NCBI GenBank assembly: GCA_964384105.1
Contig: CAYLJV010000001.1
Coordinates: 64,001 to 128,000, forward strand
DNA length: 64,000 bases
Direction: 5' to 3'
Source: Candidatus Hadarchaeota archaeon
GTDB lineage: Archaea > Hadarchaeota > Hadarchaeia > Hadarchaeales > JAGGTB01
Shown here in pieces: positions 48,848-59,508 of this stretch. The notes beneath the pieces were generated by a model. The model worked only from the letters and a program-made list of their open reading frames with translations, did not search any database and was not told the DNA's origin. Numbering within the stretch: the stretch's first letter is position 1; the number at the start of each line of letters is the position of its first letter. The translations under genes and the position numbers were made by a program.

Positions 48848-50653
48848 GTGAATATGGGAGAAATAGCTAGAGTATCCGGACCCGTTATTGTGGCAGATGG
48901 CATGAGAGGTGCCGAAATGAACGAGATTGTTAGAGTGGGGGCCGAGGGGTTAATAGGAGAAATAATTGAGTTAGAGGGAGATACAGCTACGATTCAGGTT
49001 TATGAAGAAACTTCTGGATTAAGACCCGGTGAAAAAGTTGAAAGGACAGGTGAACCCCTTTCCGTTGAGTTGGGACCCGGGCTTATTGGGACTGTTTATG
49101 ACGGGATTCAGAGGCCACTTTCAAAGATTCAGGATAAAGTGGGGAGTTTCATAGAAAGGGGTGTCAAAACAGATTCTTTGCCAAAGGACAAGAAATGGCA
49201 TTTTACACCCGCAAAGGAAAATGAGGGGAAAACTGTTGGAGTGGGTGACGTAGTAGGGGTGGTAGAAGAAACTAGTATGGTAGACCATAAGATTATGGTT
49301 CCGCCCGGTATCGAAGGTGAACTTGTCAAGATTGTCGAAGAAGGGGATTATAAGATTAATGATACGGTAGCTGTTATCTCGACCGAGGATGGAGAAAAAG
49401 AATTGGATATGGTTCAGGAGTGGCCTGTCAGAAAACCTCGTCCTTATGGTGATAAACTAGCTCCAAAAATACCGCTTATTACAGGTCAAAGGGTTGTGGA
49501 CTCGTTCTTCCCCGTTGCGAAGGGTGGAACTGCGGCTATCCCCGGTGGGTTTGGAACGGGTAAAACGGTTATGCTTCACCAGATGGCCAAATGGTCTGAC
49601 ACTCAGATAGTTGTCTATATTGGTTGTGGAGAGAGAGGTAACGAGATGACCGATGTGCTTCTTCACTTCCCTCAGCTTGAAGATCCGAGAACTGGAAAGC
49701 CCCTTATGGATAGGACGGCTTTGATAGCTAATACCTCTAATATGCCTGTTGCTGCGAGAGAAGCTAGTATCTATACTGGCATGACGATTGCAGAGTACTT
49801 TAGAGATATGGGCTATGATGTTGCTCTTATGGCAGATTCGACTTCTAGATGGGCGGAAGCTTTGAGGGAGATTTCAGGACGGCTTGAAGAAATGCCCAGT
49901 GAGGAGGGTTATCCAGCTTATTTAGCTTCACGTTTATCCGAATTTTATGAGAGAGCAGGGAGGGTAACTGTTGCGGGCAACAAAGATGAGAAGGGTTCCG
50001 TAACTGTAACTGGTGCTGTTTCTCCTCCTGGAGGAGACTTTTCTGAACCGGTCACTCAAAACACTCTTAGAATAATAAAGACTTTCTGGGCTCTTGACTC
50101 CGATTTGGCGGATAAAAGGCACTTTCCTGCTATAAACTGGCTTACAAGTTACTCAGGTTACGTTGAAAGAATTGAGAATTGGTGGATTGAGGAAGTCGGA
50201 GAGAATTGGAAGCAATATCGGGATAAGGCGGTATCAATCCTCCAAAAAGAAGATGAGTTAAGGGAAATAGTTCAGTTAGTCGGGCCCGATGCCCTTCCTG
50301 AGCGTGATAGAGCCATTTTGGAGGCTGCGAGTGTTATAAGAGAGGATTACTTGCAGCAAAATGCTCTGCACGAAGTCGATACTTATTGCTCTCCCGAGAA
50401 GCAATTGAGAATGTTTGAAATTACGCTTAAATTTTATGATAAAGTTGTAAGTGCGGTGGAAGAAGGTGCTCCTGTAGATCAGGTAACGAGGCTTCCAGTT
50501 AGGGGGAAGATAGCAAGAATGAAGACTACTCCTGAGGACCAATTTAAAGATGAGGCAAAGAAGATCGAGCAAGAGATAGACTCTCAAATAGAGAGCGTGC
50601 TGAAGGGTCGAGAGGTGGACTCTGAAATTGGGGGATCTTCGGAGAGTGAATAA
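48848..50653 (+). CDS. atpA: A-type ATP synthase subunit A (no intein)
   Basis: [52 protein letters not shown]. Confidence 0.97.
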   Translation: MNMGEIARVSGPVIVADGMRGAEMNEIVRVGAEGLIGEIIELEGDTATIQVYEETSGLRPGEKVERTGEPLSVELGPGLIGTVYDGIQRPLSKIQDKVGSFIERGVKTDSLPKDKKWHFTPAKENEGKTVGVGDVVGVVEETSMVDHKIMVPPGIEGELVKIVEEGDYKINDTVAVISTEDGEKELDMVQEWPVRKPRPYGDKLAPKIPLITGQRVVDSFFPVAKGGTAAIPGGFGTGKTVMLHQMAKWSDTQIVVYIGCGERGNEMTDVLLHFPQLEDPRTGKPLMDRTALIANTSNMPVAAREASIYTGMTIAEYFRDMGYDVALMADSTSRWAEALREISGRLEEMPSEEGYPAYLASRLSEFYERAGRVTVAGNKDEKGSVTVTGAVSPPGGDFSEPVTQNTLRIIKTFWALDSDLADKRHFPAINWLTSYSGYVERIENWWIEEVGENWKQYRDKAVSILQKEDELREIVQLVGPDALPERDRAILEAASVIREDYLQQNALHEVDTYCSPEKQLRMFEITLKFYDKVVSAVEEGAPVDQVTRLPVRGKIARMKTTPEDQFKDEAKKIEQEIDSQIESVLKGREVDSEIGGSSESE

Positions 50654-50655
50654 AG

Positions 50656-52053
50656 ATGGTTACTACTGAAAAAATAAGAGAATACAAAACTGTGACCGGA
50701 ATCTCGGGCCCCCTTATGGTTGTAGAAGGGGTCGAAGGCGTCGGTTACGATGAGATAGTTGAGATAGAGACACCCGATGGAGAAGAGAAAAGGGGTCAGG
50801 TTCTGGATGCACAGAGAGATAAAGCAGTTGTTCAAGTTTTTGAAGGTACCAGTGGGCTTGATGCTTCGGAGACGAAGGTGAGGTTTACTGGATCGACTAT
50901 GAAATTACCAGTTTCTATGGACCTGATGGGCAGAGTTTTCAGTGGAAGAGGTGAACCAATTGATGGTGGTCCTGAAGTTATTCCCGAGGAAGAGAGGAAT
51001 ATATACGGATCTCCAATTAATCCTACTGCTCGTGACTATCCTACTGACTTCATTCAAACAGGCATATCTGCGATTGATGGGATGAACACTCTGGTTAGAG
51101 GACAAAAGCTCCCAATATTCTCCGTTTCTGGCCTTCCGCACAACGAAATCGCAGCGCAGATTGCTAGGCAGGCGAGGATAATTGGCGAAGAGGAGGACTT
51201 CGCAGTTGTATTCTGTGCTATGGGGATAACTCAAGAAGAAGCTTCTTTCTTCAGAGAAGACTTCGAAGAGACCGGGGCTTTTGAAAGGGTTTCGATGTTT
51301 CTCAATCTTGCGGATGACCCGGCTATCGAAAGGATTGTTACTCCCAGAATAGCCCTTACCGCTGCAGAGTATTTCGCGTTTACCCAGGGAATGCATGTGC
51401 TGGTTATACTTACAAACATGACTAATTATGGAGAGGCTCTTAGGGAAGTTGCTGCTGCTAGAGAGGAGGTTCCAAGCAGGCGAGGATATCCGGGATACCT
51501 GTATACGGATCTTGCTTCTATTTACGAAAGAGCTGGTAGGATACGAGGTAAAGAAGGCTCAGTTACACAGATTCCGATTCTAACTATGCCAAGCGATGAT
51601 ATTACCCATCCAATTCCGGATCTTACAGGATACATTACTGAGGGCCAGTTGGTTATGGAGCGTGAACTAAACCGTAAAGGTATATATCCTCCGATGAACG
51701 TGCTTCCATCCCTTTCGAGATTGATGAAGGATGGAATTGGTGCAGGCAAGACGAGGGAGGATCATATGGATGTATCAAACCAACTTTATTCTGCGTATGC
51801 TGAGGGTAGAGATGTTCGCTCTTTGGTTGAGGTAGTAGGTGAAGAAGCTCTTTCCGAGAGAGATCGAAGATATCTAAGATTCTCGGATAAGTTCGAGAAC
51901 AGTTTCATTAATCAGGGTAGGGACGAAAACAGGGACTTGGAGCAAACTCTCGATCTTGGATGGGAGCTTTTGTCAGAGTTGCCCGAGGACGAGCTAAAGA
52001 GAGTTGAAACCGAGTACATAGAGAAATATCATCCCGATCACAAAGAGGCGTAA
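50656..52053 (+). CDS. atpB: A-type ATP synthase subunit B
   Basis: [41 protein letters not shown]. Confidence 0.97.
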   Translation: MVTTEKIREYKTVTGISGPLMVVEGVEGVGYDEIVEIETPDGEEKRGQVLDAQRDKAVVQVFEGTSGLDASETKVRFTGSTMKLPVSMDLMGRVFSGRGEPIDGGPEVIPEEERNIYGSPINPTARDYPTDFIQTGISAIDGMNTLVRGQKLPIFSVSGLPHNEIAAQIARQARIIGEEEDFAVVFCAMGITQEEASFFREDFEETGAFERVSMFLNLADDPAIERIVTPRIALTAAEYFAFTQGMHVLVILTNMTNYGEALREVAAAREEVPSRRGYPGYLYTDLASIYERAGRIRGKEGSVTQIPILTMPSDDITHPIPDLTGYITEGQLVMERELNRKGIYPPMNVLPSLSRLMKDGIGAGKTREDHMDVSNQLYSAYAEGRDVRSLVEVVGEEALSERDRRYLRFSDKFENSFINQGRDENRDLEQTLDLGWELLSELPEDELKRVETEYIEKYHPDHKEA

Positions 52054-52058
52054 GGATA

Positions 52059-52694
52059 ATGGGGGCTACAGCCGAAAACATCCAGCCCACAAGAGGAGAA
52101 CTTCTAAAGCTAAAAAGACGGATAGATTTGGCCAAGAGGGGTCATGAGCTACTTAGAGAAAAAAGAGATGCTTTGGTTACCGAGTTCTTTGACAATATCG
52201 ATCTTTTGAAGGGTAAGAGGAAGAAAGTAGAGGAGATAATGGGAGAAGCCTTCGAAAAGTTAGTCTCTGCCAAAGTTGTAATGGGATCTCTGGAACTCAA
52301 GAGGGCTGCTGAAGCATCTACGGCCGAACAGGACGTGGAGATCGCTTCCAGAAATATAATGGGTGTAAATGTACCCGTTCTTGAGTTGGGAGATGTTAGA
52401 AGGAAGAATATAGAAAGAGGTTACAGTCTCCAGGATACATCTTCTGAATTGGATGAAGCTTCCAGCAAGTTTGAAGAAGCTCTTGAGGTAATTTTAGAAT
52501 TGGCTGAGGCTGAAGAGACCGTGAAATTGTTAGCTAAGGAGATAGAGAAAACAAAGCGAAGGGTAAACTCCTTAGAGCATGTTTTGATTCCTCGACTCGA
52601 AGAGAGTAGAGATTACATAGAAATGAGATTAGAAGAACAGGAAAGAGAGAATTACTTCAGACTTAAAAGAGTAAAAGAGAAGATTCGAAGTTAA
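52059..52694 (+). CDS. atpD: A-type ATP synthase subunit D
   Basis: PTRGELL, GHELLREKRDAL, TKRRVNSLE, ERENYFRLK. Confidence 0.95.
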   Translation: MGATAENIQPTRGELLKLKRRIDLAKRGHELLREKRDALVTEFFDNIDLLKGKRKKVEEIMGEAFEKLVSAKVVMGSLELKRAAEASTAEQDVEIASRNIMGVNVPVLELGDVRRKNIERGYSLQDTSSELDEASSKFEEALEVILELAEAEETVKLLAKEIEKTKRRVNSLEHVLIPRLEESRDYIEMRLEEQERENYFRLKRVKEKIRS

Positions 52695-52736
52695 GACTTT
52701 TCTAGCCGCATTGAGATATGCTTTAAAGGAAGCATA

Positions 52737-53162
52737 ATGGACAAAGATGGATTTTTGAAAAAACAGATTCAGAACCTTAACCGTCATTTACCCAAGGGTA
52801 GAGCTACCTTGGCAGATCTTTTAGATCGGGATAAACCTCAGATAGAAAATAGAGATGGTTCTACTCATCGTTTCAAAAGAAAGGAATTAGAATTTTTAGC
52901 TGATCTCATTCCTAAGGAGGAATATCGGCGTCTGAGACTGCCTATTATAATAAGAGTTTCACCCGAGCTTGGTCGTGGTGCTGCAAAAATAACGGGTAAG
53001 ATCGAGAAGGAGATTTTTAAGAAGATCTTAGAAAAGGATGAAGAATTAGATGAGGGTGAACTTTTGGTATATCGGCCAGAAGTGAGAAAGATTAGACAAA
53101 AATTACCTACGACTACTCAATATGCTTTTCTTATATCCTCCAAAAGAGGTGACACTATTTGA
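52737..53162 (+). CDS. DUF61/UPF0216 family protein
   Basis: NRHLP..TLADLL..RDGSTH..LRLPI..LPTTTQ. Confidence 0.75.
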   Translation: MDKDGFLKKQIQNLNRHLPKGRATLADLLDRDKPQIENRDGSTHRFKRKELEFLADLIPKEEYRRLRLPIIIRVSPELGRGAAKITGKIEKEIFKKILEKDEELDEGELLVYRPEVRKIRQKLPTTTQYAFLISSKRGDTI

Positions 53163-53461
53163 AAGAAATTTTAAAATCCGAAAACGATGAAGAAAGGATT
53201 ACTCTTTATTTTGTAGGTGTCTCGATAAGCTATGTTGCTATGGTCGGGGGTTTGATAGTCTTTATCATGCTATTAATAGATATTCCTTTACTTGTTTTAG
53301 GTTCCGTTCTCAATGCTTACCTTTCCTCGGCTCTCGGCTTTCTCTTAACCTTCTTGCACAAACCTCTTACAGAAACAGGATTTAGAAAATTCTTTATTTT
53401 TGGAAGTGTTTTTTTCCTTCTCGTATCGATTTTGATGCTCTTTAATTACATGGGATTTTAA
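53159..53461 (+). CDS. Small membrane protein of unknown function
   Basis: About three hydrophobic segments; GAGGTGA ribosome-binding site; start overlaps the upstream stop. Confidence 0.6.
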   Translation: MKEILKSENDEERITLYFVGVSISYVAMVGGLIVFIMLLIDIPLLVLGSVLNAYLSSALGFLLTFLHKPLTETGFRKFFIFGSVFFLLVSILMLFNYMGF

Positions 53462-53503
53462 CTGTAGTTTGGATATAGGATCTGAAAGGGGTCAGGAGGT
53501 TTT

Positions 53504-55489
53504 CTAGGCTTCCGTGAGGTTTCTCTTTACTCTGAATGGCGAGAATTTGTTTCCTTCACCTTTGTAGAATTTGTCGAAGAATTCAACGTAGTGAAGCCTT
53601 AATGAATGAACGAATGAGCTGATTAAGTTTATTAAAAGACTGAATATTTGTGTTCCGAGGAAGAGTATTACTCCAAAGATGATTCCTATTACGGGGACCG
53701 GCCAGATCATGTTTACAATTGCGTTGAATGTCAGAGCTAACGAGCTTGTTACCAGTGCCAGAGCCAAAATTCGGGTGTAGGACATTATATTTCCGAGCAT
53801 ACTGAACATTTCCATTATTCCCATTGGCCCCTCGCCCGCAAGTAGCATGAGGAGTGCTATTCCTGAGGCAATTCCTCCTACTACAACTACTGGGAAACTG
53901 AAGGTTATCCAGCCGAAGCCGTGACATACCATTATAGAGGCTCCAGGTATCAATAGTAACCAGGAAAGGCCATCGCCCACCGCTTCTTTCCATTTCTGTT
54001 GCTGAATTTTTTCCCAGAATCCAATTATAACTCCTAGGTATTCATGGAATATTCCAATGAATATCGAAATCAATAGCAGAGGCATCGGGTCTTTTACTGG
54101 ATTGTATATGGCTATGTCTCCGAGGCCCAGATATGTAGTAAGGTCTCCAAAGTAACTGCCTGTGATTATTCCCGTTCCAATAGTTGCGATTGATCCGAGT
54201 ATTAGTATTATCGAGAAATCTTTAATTGTCTTATTTTTTCTACCGAGTCCTCTAAGGAGTGGTATTGATATTGCGAGAGTTAGAGCACCATATGCCACGT
54301 CTGTGAGCATGAGTCCGAAGAATATTATATAGGTGATCGCAAGAAGTGGTGTTGGGTCTATTTCCCCTTTTCCTGGTGGCCCAAAAAGCTCAGTTAATAC
54401 TTCGAAATGTTTGAATATGGATGAATTTTGAAGGAGAGTAGGTGGTTCTTTATCGGGGTTTTTGGGATTCGAAATTTTAGTGTAACCGGTTCCATCTGAT
54501 GCTTCCGTGACTATTTTTTCTATCTCCTCGGTCTCCTTTTTTGGGATCCATCCTTGAATGATCGTGACGGTTTCGGTTTTACAAAATTTGTTAACGACTC
54601 CTGCTCGCTCTTTTTCTATATTCAAAATTTCTCTTGTTATTAGGAGGTCTTTCTTGTGTTTTTGAGAAAATTCCCTAAGTTCTTGCAGACAATTCTCTTT
54701 TTCTTCTTTTTTCTCCTGGAGATTCTTTTCCAATTCTTCTTTAACTTGTTCGGGTTTTCCCCTTTGTCTTGGTAACTTTAGTCCTTCAAAATCATACAAA
54801 CTGAGGAGTTCCGAGACTTTTTCCTTGTATTCAGCCAGTGTCCAAATACAAGCTATTCTTTTTTCTTCGTCTATTTCCCTATCTAAGAGAACTGCTTTCC
54901 CGTCAGTTTTTTCAATGATTTCGTCTTTTAGTTTCGCTAATTTTTCTTTTGATATAATCCCAAAATTGGAGAATACGAATTCAGAAGGTTCAAAAATATC
55001 CAAACTCTCATAGTCAAATTTTTCTAGAAGTTTTACGCTACGAATTTCTTCTCTTATTTCTGCGATACTATTATTTAGGGAGTCTAATTTTTCGTCTAAC
55101 TTATTTATTTTGGAAACGATTTTCTCTACTATTTCTTCCCCGTGTTCGATAACCTCTTCTCTCGATTTTATTCCGACTTTCTCTTTTTCTATTTCTTTCG
55201 GTCTGAGGAAGCTGTTCATTAAGCTTTTAATTTTCTTTGTGGGTGAAGTGCTAGGGGAAGGGAGTTTTTTGAAAGTGTCTAACGCCCTGTTTATCTCCAT
55301 GGTTAAACTCGTTACTTTTCCTAAAGCTGCAGGTGATGATTCTCTTTCTATATCTGTTTCTTTGGCTAATTTCTCATTGATTGACTCTAATTGAACGTTA
55401 CCTTTTTCATGAATAGACCTAACAATCTTCTCTCTCTTTTCTAACGGAGCGATTATATACAACTCCGCCATTTCTGCTGGCTTTAGCAT
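53504..55489 (-). CDS. atpI: A-type ATP synthase subunit I (a)
   Basis: MLKPAEM, GWIP, EIDPTP, FFGLMLTD, essential Arg in SYTRILAL, HSLRLHYVEFF. Confidence 0.95.
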   Translation of the reverse strand: MLKPAEMAELYIIAPLEKREKIVRSIHEKGNVQLESINEKLAKETDIERESSPAALGKVTSLTMEINRALDTFKKLPSPSTSPTKKIKSLMNSFLRPKEIEKEKVGIKSREEVIEHGEEIVEKIVSKINKLDEKLDSLNNSIAEIREEIRSVKLLEKFDYESLDIFEPSEFVFSNFGIISKEKLAKLKDEIIEKTDGKAVLLDREIDEEKRIACIWTLAEYKEKVSELLSLYDFEGLKLPRQRGKPEQVKEELEKNLQEKKEEKENCLQELREFSQKHKKDLLITREILNIEKERAGVVNKFCKTETVTIIQGWIPKKETEEIEKIVTEASDGTGYTKISNPKNPDKEPPTLLQNSSIFKHFEVLTELFGPPGKGEIDPTPLLAITYIIFFGLMLTDVAYGALTLAISIPLLRGLGRKNKTIKDFSIILILGSIATIGTGIITGSYFGDLTTYLGLGDIAIYNPVKDPMPLLLISIFIGIFHEYLGVIIGFWEKIQQQKWKEAVGDGLSWLLLIPGASIMVCHGFGWITFSFPVVVVGGIASGIALLMLLAGEGPMGIMEMFSMLGNIMSYTRILALALVTSSLALTFNAIVNMIWPVPVIGIIFGVILFLGTQIFSLLINLISSFVHSLRLHYVEFFDKFYKGEGNKFSPFRVKRNLTEA

Positions 55490-55491
55490 GT

Positions 55492-55806
55492 TTATTCCTC
55501 TGTTACTTTTTTAATCACAAAATCGATTGCTTCAGGAATGTTTTTTCTTGATTCTTTTTCTAATTTAGAAAGTTCTTCCCCGGCTTTTTTTCTTATTTCT
55601 TCTGCTTTTTCCTCAGCGGATTTTTCTTTCTTTTTCTTTATTTCTTCAACTTTCTCTTTTGCTTCTTCCTTTGCTTTTTTCTTTATTTCTTCGGCTTCTT
55701 CCTTTGCTTCTTTGATTATAATTTTGGATCTTTTCTCAGCTTTTCTGAGGTCTTCCTCTGCCCTTTTTTCAGCTTCTCTAATTTTCCCTATGTCTTTGGA
55801 AACCAA
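55492..55806 (-). CDS. atpH: A-type ATP synthase subunit H (G)
   Basis: Charged helical protein (IREAEKRAEE) directly upstream of atpI. Confidence 0.82.
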   Translation of the reverse strand: MVSKDIGKIREAEKRAEEDLRKAEKRSKIIIKEAKEEAEEIKKKAKEEAKEKVEEIKKKKEKSAEEKAEEIRKKAGEELSKLEKESRKNIPEAIDFVIKKVTEE

Positions 55807-56139
55807 TTTTTTGCCTCCTCTCTTCTCTCTTTATATCTTCCAAATAAGTTTTCTTTTTACTTTTTTAACCTTTCTTCTAAAATTTGGGTTAATTTGAAAA
55901 GATTATTTTGATACTTATTTCGCTACTAGCTTTTTCCCGTATGTTATCCTCGAGAGTTGTTTTTAGTTTTGTTTTTCGATATTGTAAGGTACTAGTCTGA
56001 CTGCTAAATGGATAGAATCAAGTTTTTTGAATAAATGCGTTAATTTTTAGTATTTGAATTAGTTATATTAGCTAAGCTTATCATATTTTGCAAGTCCAAT
56101 ATAAATCAGTAAAAGATAAGGTTTTGTGGAGGTGAAACT

Positions 56140-57696
56140 TTGGATAATTCCCCTAAAATCGTCCTTACTGCCGATGAAACCATGATGAGTAAGTATCGGG
56201 GTGGGATTTTCATGGGATTTTCTACTTGTATGCCCCAAGGCATTATCCCTGACTGGCTGTATTTCAGAGTTTTTTCTCCTCCCGTTGATAGAGAGAACAA
56301 AAGGGCAATGTATTGCGATTTGGGCCTTAGAATGATGGAAGCTTCCTTATTGGAAAATGGATTTACGAGAGAGGATGTAGCAGTAGTTCACCCTCATGAT
56401 TTAGATGATATGGTAGGAGACGAAACGGAGATTGTAGCTATAGGTGGCCACGATCTTTTGGGTATTAATCCACCCACTTCTGAATTCGTCGAGCTGGCTT
56501 CTACGGGACCTCCTTACAATAGAATAAAATTTCTGGAACTTTTGGATAAATCCAATTCTAAGGATGTCAATGTGGTTATAGGTGGGAAAAGTGCTTGGCA
56601 AGTAGCAAATGAGAGAATTATGGATGAATTGGGAATAGATTATGTTCATCTAGGTGAGGGTGAAAAAACAGTACCACGAATGTTCAGAAGTATTTTGGAG
56701 GGTGGAAATGTTCCAAGGATATTAGAAGGTGAGGAAATCTCTGTTGAAGAAATCCCTAATATAAGGGGAGGGGTTATCCATGGGCTTGTAGAGATAATGA
56801 GAGGATGCGGAAGAGGATGCCAATTCTGTACTCCTAATATGCAAACTTTGAGACACAAACCTATAGATAAAATTTTGAAAGATGTGAAAGTCAATATTAA
56901 GGCGGGGGAGAACAAACCACTTCTTCATAGCGAGGATATCTTGCGTTATGGAGCTAAGAATATAGAAACAAATGATGAAAAAGTTATAGAACTTTTTGAG
57001 AGAGTGGCGTCTATCGAAGAGGTTACCGCAATGACCTCTAGCCATGTAGCTCTCGCTACGGTCTATCATAACCCTGATTTAGTAGAGAAGGTTTCTGAAA
57101 TTGCAATGTCTTTGCCTGAACAAAAATGGATAGGAGCTCAAATCGGTATTGAAACTGGCAGTCCCCGTTTGATGAAAAAGTATATGCGTGGAAAGACACT
57201 TCCATCTCCACCCGAAAAATGGCCAGAAATAGTCGAACAGGGTCTTGGGATTTTGGAAGATAATGGTTGGGTTGCTGCATGTACTCTGATGAACGGTCTT
57301 CCTGGAGAAACCCGAGATGATGTAATTAAGACTTTGGAGCTTTTAGATGATCTGAAGAACAAAAACTTCTTGATTGTACCATTGAGTTTTGTTTCTATGG
57401 AAGGATCATATCTTTCTGAAGAGAAGTCCTTCCGGGTTAAGGATATGCTTTCCGAACATTGGCAGGTTCTAGGTTGGTGTATGGATCACAATGCAAAAAT
57501 TGCTCGGAAGTTGAAGGATAACTACAACAAAGGTAATCGTATTTATAGTTGGCTTTTCGATCTTTTGATAGAATATTTGATAAAAGGTGCGGAAAAGTAT
57601 TCCAGGGGCATGAAAGAAGGGAATCCACCGAGGGATTACAGTAAGATACAAAAGAATTATACTGTTCCCGAGGTTCTAAGAAAAGATAGGTCTTAG
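56140..57696 (+). CDS. Radical SAM protein with a probable cobalamin-binding domain
   Basis: GLRMMEASLL, VIGG, GEGE, EIMRGCGRGCQFC, GIETGS, GLPGET. Confidence 0.82.
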   Translation: MDNSPKIVLTADETMMSKYRGGIFMGFSTCMPQGIIPDWLYFRVFSPPVDRENKRAMYCDLGLRMMEASLLENGFTREDVAVVHPHDLDDMVGDETEIVAIGGHDLLGINPPTSEFVELASTGPPYNRIKFLELLDKSNSKDVNVVIGGKSAWQVANERIMDELGIDYVHLGEGEKTVPRMFRSILEGGNVPRILEGEEISVEEIPNIRGGVIHGLVEIMRGCGRGCQFCTPNMQTLRHKPIDKILKDVKVNIKAGENKPLLHSEDILRYGAKNIETNDEKVIELFERVASIEEVTAMTSSHVALATVYHNPDLVEKVSEIAMSLPEQKWIGAQIGIETGSPRLMKKYMRGKTLPSPPEKWPEIVEQGLGILEDNGWVAACTLMNGLPGETRDDVIKTLELLDDLKNKNFLIVPLSFVSMEGSYLSEEKSFRVKDMLSEHWQVLGWCMDHNAKIARKLKDNYNKGNRIYSWLFDLLIEYLIKGAEKYSRGMKEGNPPRDYSKIQKNYTVPEVLRKDRS

Positions 57697-57741
57697 CTTT
57701 AATTTGTGAACAGTTTTTACTCTTAACGTTTCTTTAAATAA

Positions 57742-58353
57742 TTGGATATTATGAATTTCTCTGAAAAAGGTCCAAGGCCTAGATTCGGCGAAAGGGACCT
57801 CTGGAGGGCGTTAGAGTTTATAGAAAAAGAGGGAGAGTTGGGAAGAAAAAGACTTTCAGATAAGCTTGGTTTGGGGGAAGGATCTACTAGAACAATACTG
57901 GAACAGCTAAAGAATAGAGGATTGATAAAGTCTACTTCGACGGGACATTCTCTCACGAAAAAGGGCAAGAAAGAGTTGGATAGAAAGTCGGAAAAGTGTC
58001 TTTTTCTGGATGCTGGTGATCTTACTGTTGGGGAGAGGGATGCCGCAGTTTTGGTACGTGCTGCTGCTACTTCGGTGAGATGGGGAATCGAGCAAAGAGA
58101 TGAGGCGATAAAGGTAGGGGCAGAAGGTGCCACCATCTTGGTATATAAAGACGGGAGTCTTGGTACGCCGGGATTGGATATGGAGGTTGATGAAACTGTT
58201 GAAAAGGAATTGTTAGATTATGTTCATCCTGAAGAAGGTGATGTGATAGTTATCGGCACCTCTGAGGAAAAGAGTATGGCTAAGATGGGAGCTCTAGCAG
58301 CAGCCGAGGCACTCGAATCCGAATCTTCTACCAAGAGGCCTTCTCGTAGCTAA
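57742..58353 (+). CDS. Winged-HTH plus DUF4443-like putative regulator
   Basis: GRKRLSDKLGLGEGSTRT helix-turn-helix; GIEQRDEAIKVGAEGATIL. Confidence 0.7.
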   Translation: MDIMNFSEKGPRPRFGERDLWRALEFIEKEGELGRKRLSDKLGLGEGSTRTILEQLKNRGLIKSTSTGHSLTKKGKKELDRKSEKCLFLDAGDLTVGERDAAVLVRAAATSVRWGIEQRDEAIKVGAEGATILVYKDGSLGTPGLDMEVDETVEKELLDYVHPEEGDVIVIGTSEEKSMAKMGALAAAEALESESSTKRPSRS

Positions 58354-58774
58354 ATTTTATGTTATCTTCGTCTTTGAGTTCGTAACTATCTATTCCAGTT
58401 TGTAAAATTTCCCATTTTCTATTTTCTCGATCCAATCTATATACTATCCAATATTCTCCTGCCGACTCATTTTCATGTAAACTATTTATCTCAGTTACGT
58501 ACATTCCCATTCCTGGGTAGTTTATGGTTTCGACAGTTGCTATCCTCTGAAGGGCGTCTATAGCTGTAGCCCCTCTGGTAAGGTGAACTGTATATCTGTT
58601 CTGGTTGTCCTCTGTTTCTATCGTTACTCCTGCGTTTACAATTGTCCAATCTAGTTGATTCACTCTATTTTGCAGGGAGTCTACCTGTACTGCGGTATAA
58701 ATAAGACCTAGTCCCAAGAAAATTACTATGATTACGAGTATCTTCGTTTCTTTGTTCAATTTTTTTATTTCCAC
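58328..58774 (-). CDS. Membrane-anchored DUF4430 (transcobalamin C-terminal-like) protein
   Basis: N-terminal transmembrane helix; TAIDAL..GMYVTEIN..YW..GIDSYELKDEDNI. Confidence 0.7.
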   Translation of the reverse strand: MEIKKLNKETKILVIIVIFLGLGLIYTAVQVDSLQNRVNQLDWTIVNAGVTIETEDNQNRYTVHLTRGATAIDALQRIATVETINYPGMGMYVTEINSLHENESAGEYWIVYRLDRENRKWEILQTGIDSYELKDEDNIKFSYEKASW

Positions 58775-59445
58775 TCCCTTATTCTTTCCGCTTCTCTCGT
58801 TGCTACGGGAACTCTAACTTTGACTCTGTTCATCATTTTTCCTAGACCCACTAATGGAGGTACGAAGATGAGGGAACCTAAATGATAGAGTGTGAATGGT
58901 ATTTGTGCTATGTAAACTTCGTAGAGTGCGGTTAAAGTGATTGGTCGCCATAGCGCCCAGGTTCCGAACGCGGTAAATACGTCAAAAAATACTATTGCAA
59001 TTGCTGCAGTGAAGGTTGCCTCGACGGCGAGATTGGAGAACTTATCGAAAAACGAAAAATCCTTTTTCATACCTATGATCCAACAAATCAGGAATCCCGG
59101 CCAGGTAAACAGATAAATCGTTCTAAAACCCCAAAAAATCACATCTATTGAGAATACACTTGCTAGTGCCAAGAATCCGAAATACCGATTTATCTTGGAC
59201 CATCTCCTGCTACTACCTGTGTAGAGAGAAAAGGCACCTATGATAACCAATGTTGGAGTTATGAGTTCGATATTTGGTATCGTAATACCTGATAGATAAA
59301 GGAGTTTGCTTACAGCGATTAGGGAAATACCGATTATAACAAATATTTTGAATCTTTTGGCTAGTATCTCATCAGGGTTTTTTCCCCTCCAGAGCTTTCT
59401 AGTCAACCAGAACCTAAACTCGTTAAGTTGTCGTTTTACGTTCAT
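58765..59445 (-). CDS. Membrane protein, ECF S-component-like (CbrT-like candidate)
   Basis: About six transmembrane helices; IPNIELITP and IPFTLYH motifs; coupled to the DUF4430 gene. Confidence 0.55.
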   Translation of the reverse strand: MNVKRQLNEFRFWLTRKLWRGKNPDEILAKRFKIFVIIGISLIAVSKLLYLSGITIPNIELITPTLVIIGAFSLYTGSSRRWSKINRYFGFLALASVFSIDVIFWGFRTIYLFTWPGFLICWIIGMKKDFSFFDKFSNLAVEATFTAAIAIVFFDVFTAFGTWALWRPITLTALYEVYIAQIPFTLYHLGSLIFVPPLVGLGKMMNRVKVRVPVATREAERIREWK

Positions 59446-59450
59446 TGAAT

Positions 59451-59469
59451 CCTGGATATATTATCCAGG
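59451..59469. promoter_or_regulatory. Perfect inverted repeat (candidate operator)
   Basis: CCTGGATA-TAT-TATCCAGG lying between a minus-strand TTTAAA box and the ATG at 59445. Confidence 0.55.
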
Positions 59470-59508
59470 TTAAAATTTAAAAATTATTTGACCCAGTGTT
59501 TGGTCTTC

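Noticed and set aside
55807-56139. 330-nt intergenic region as an ncRNA or riboswitch
   Set aside because: Very AT-rich with no stems or boxes seen; consistent with divergent promoters.
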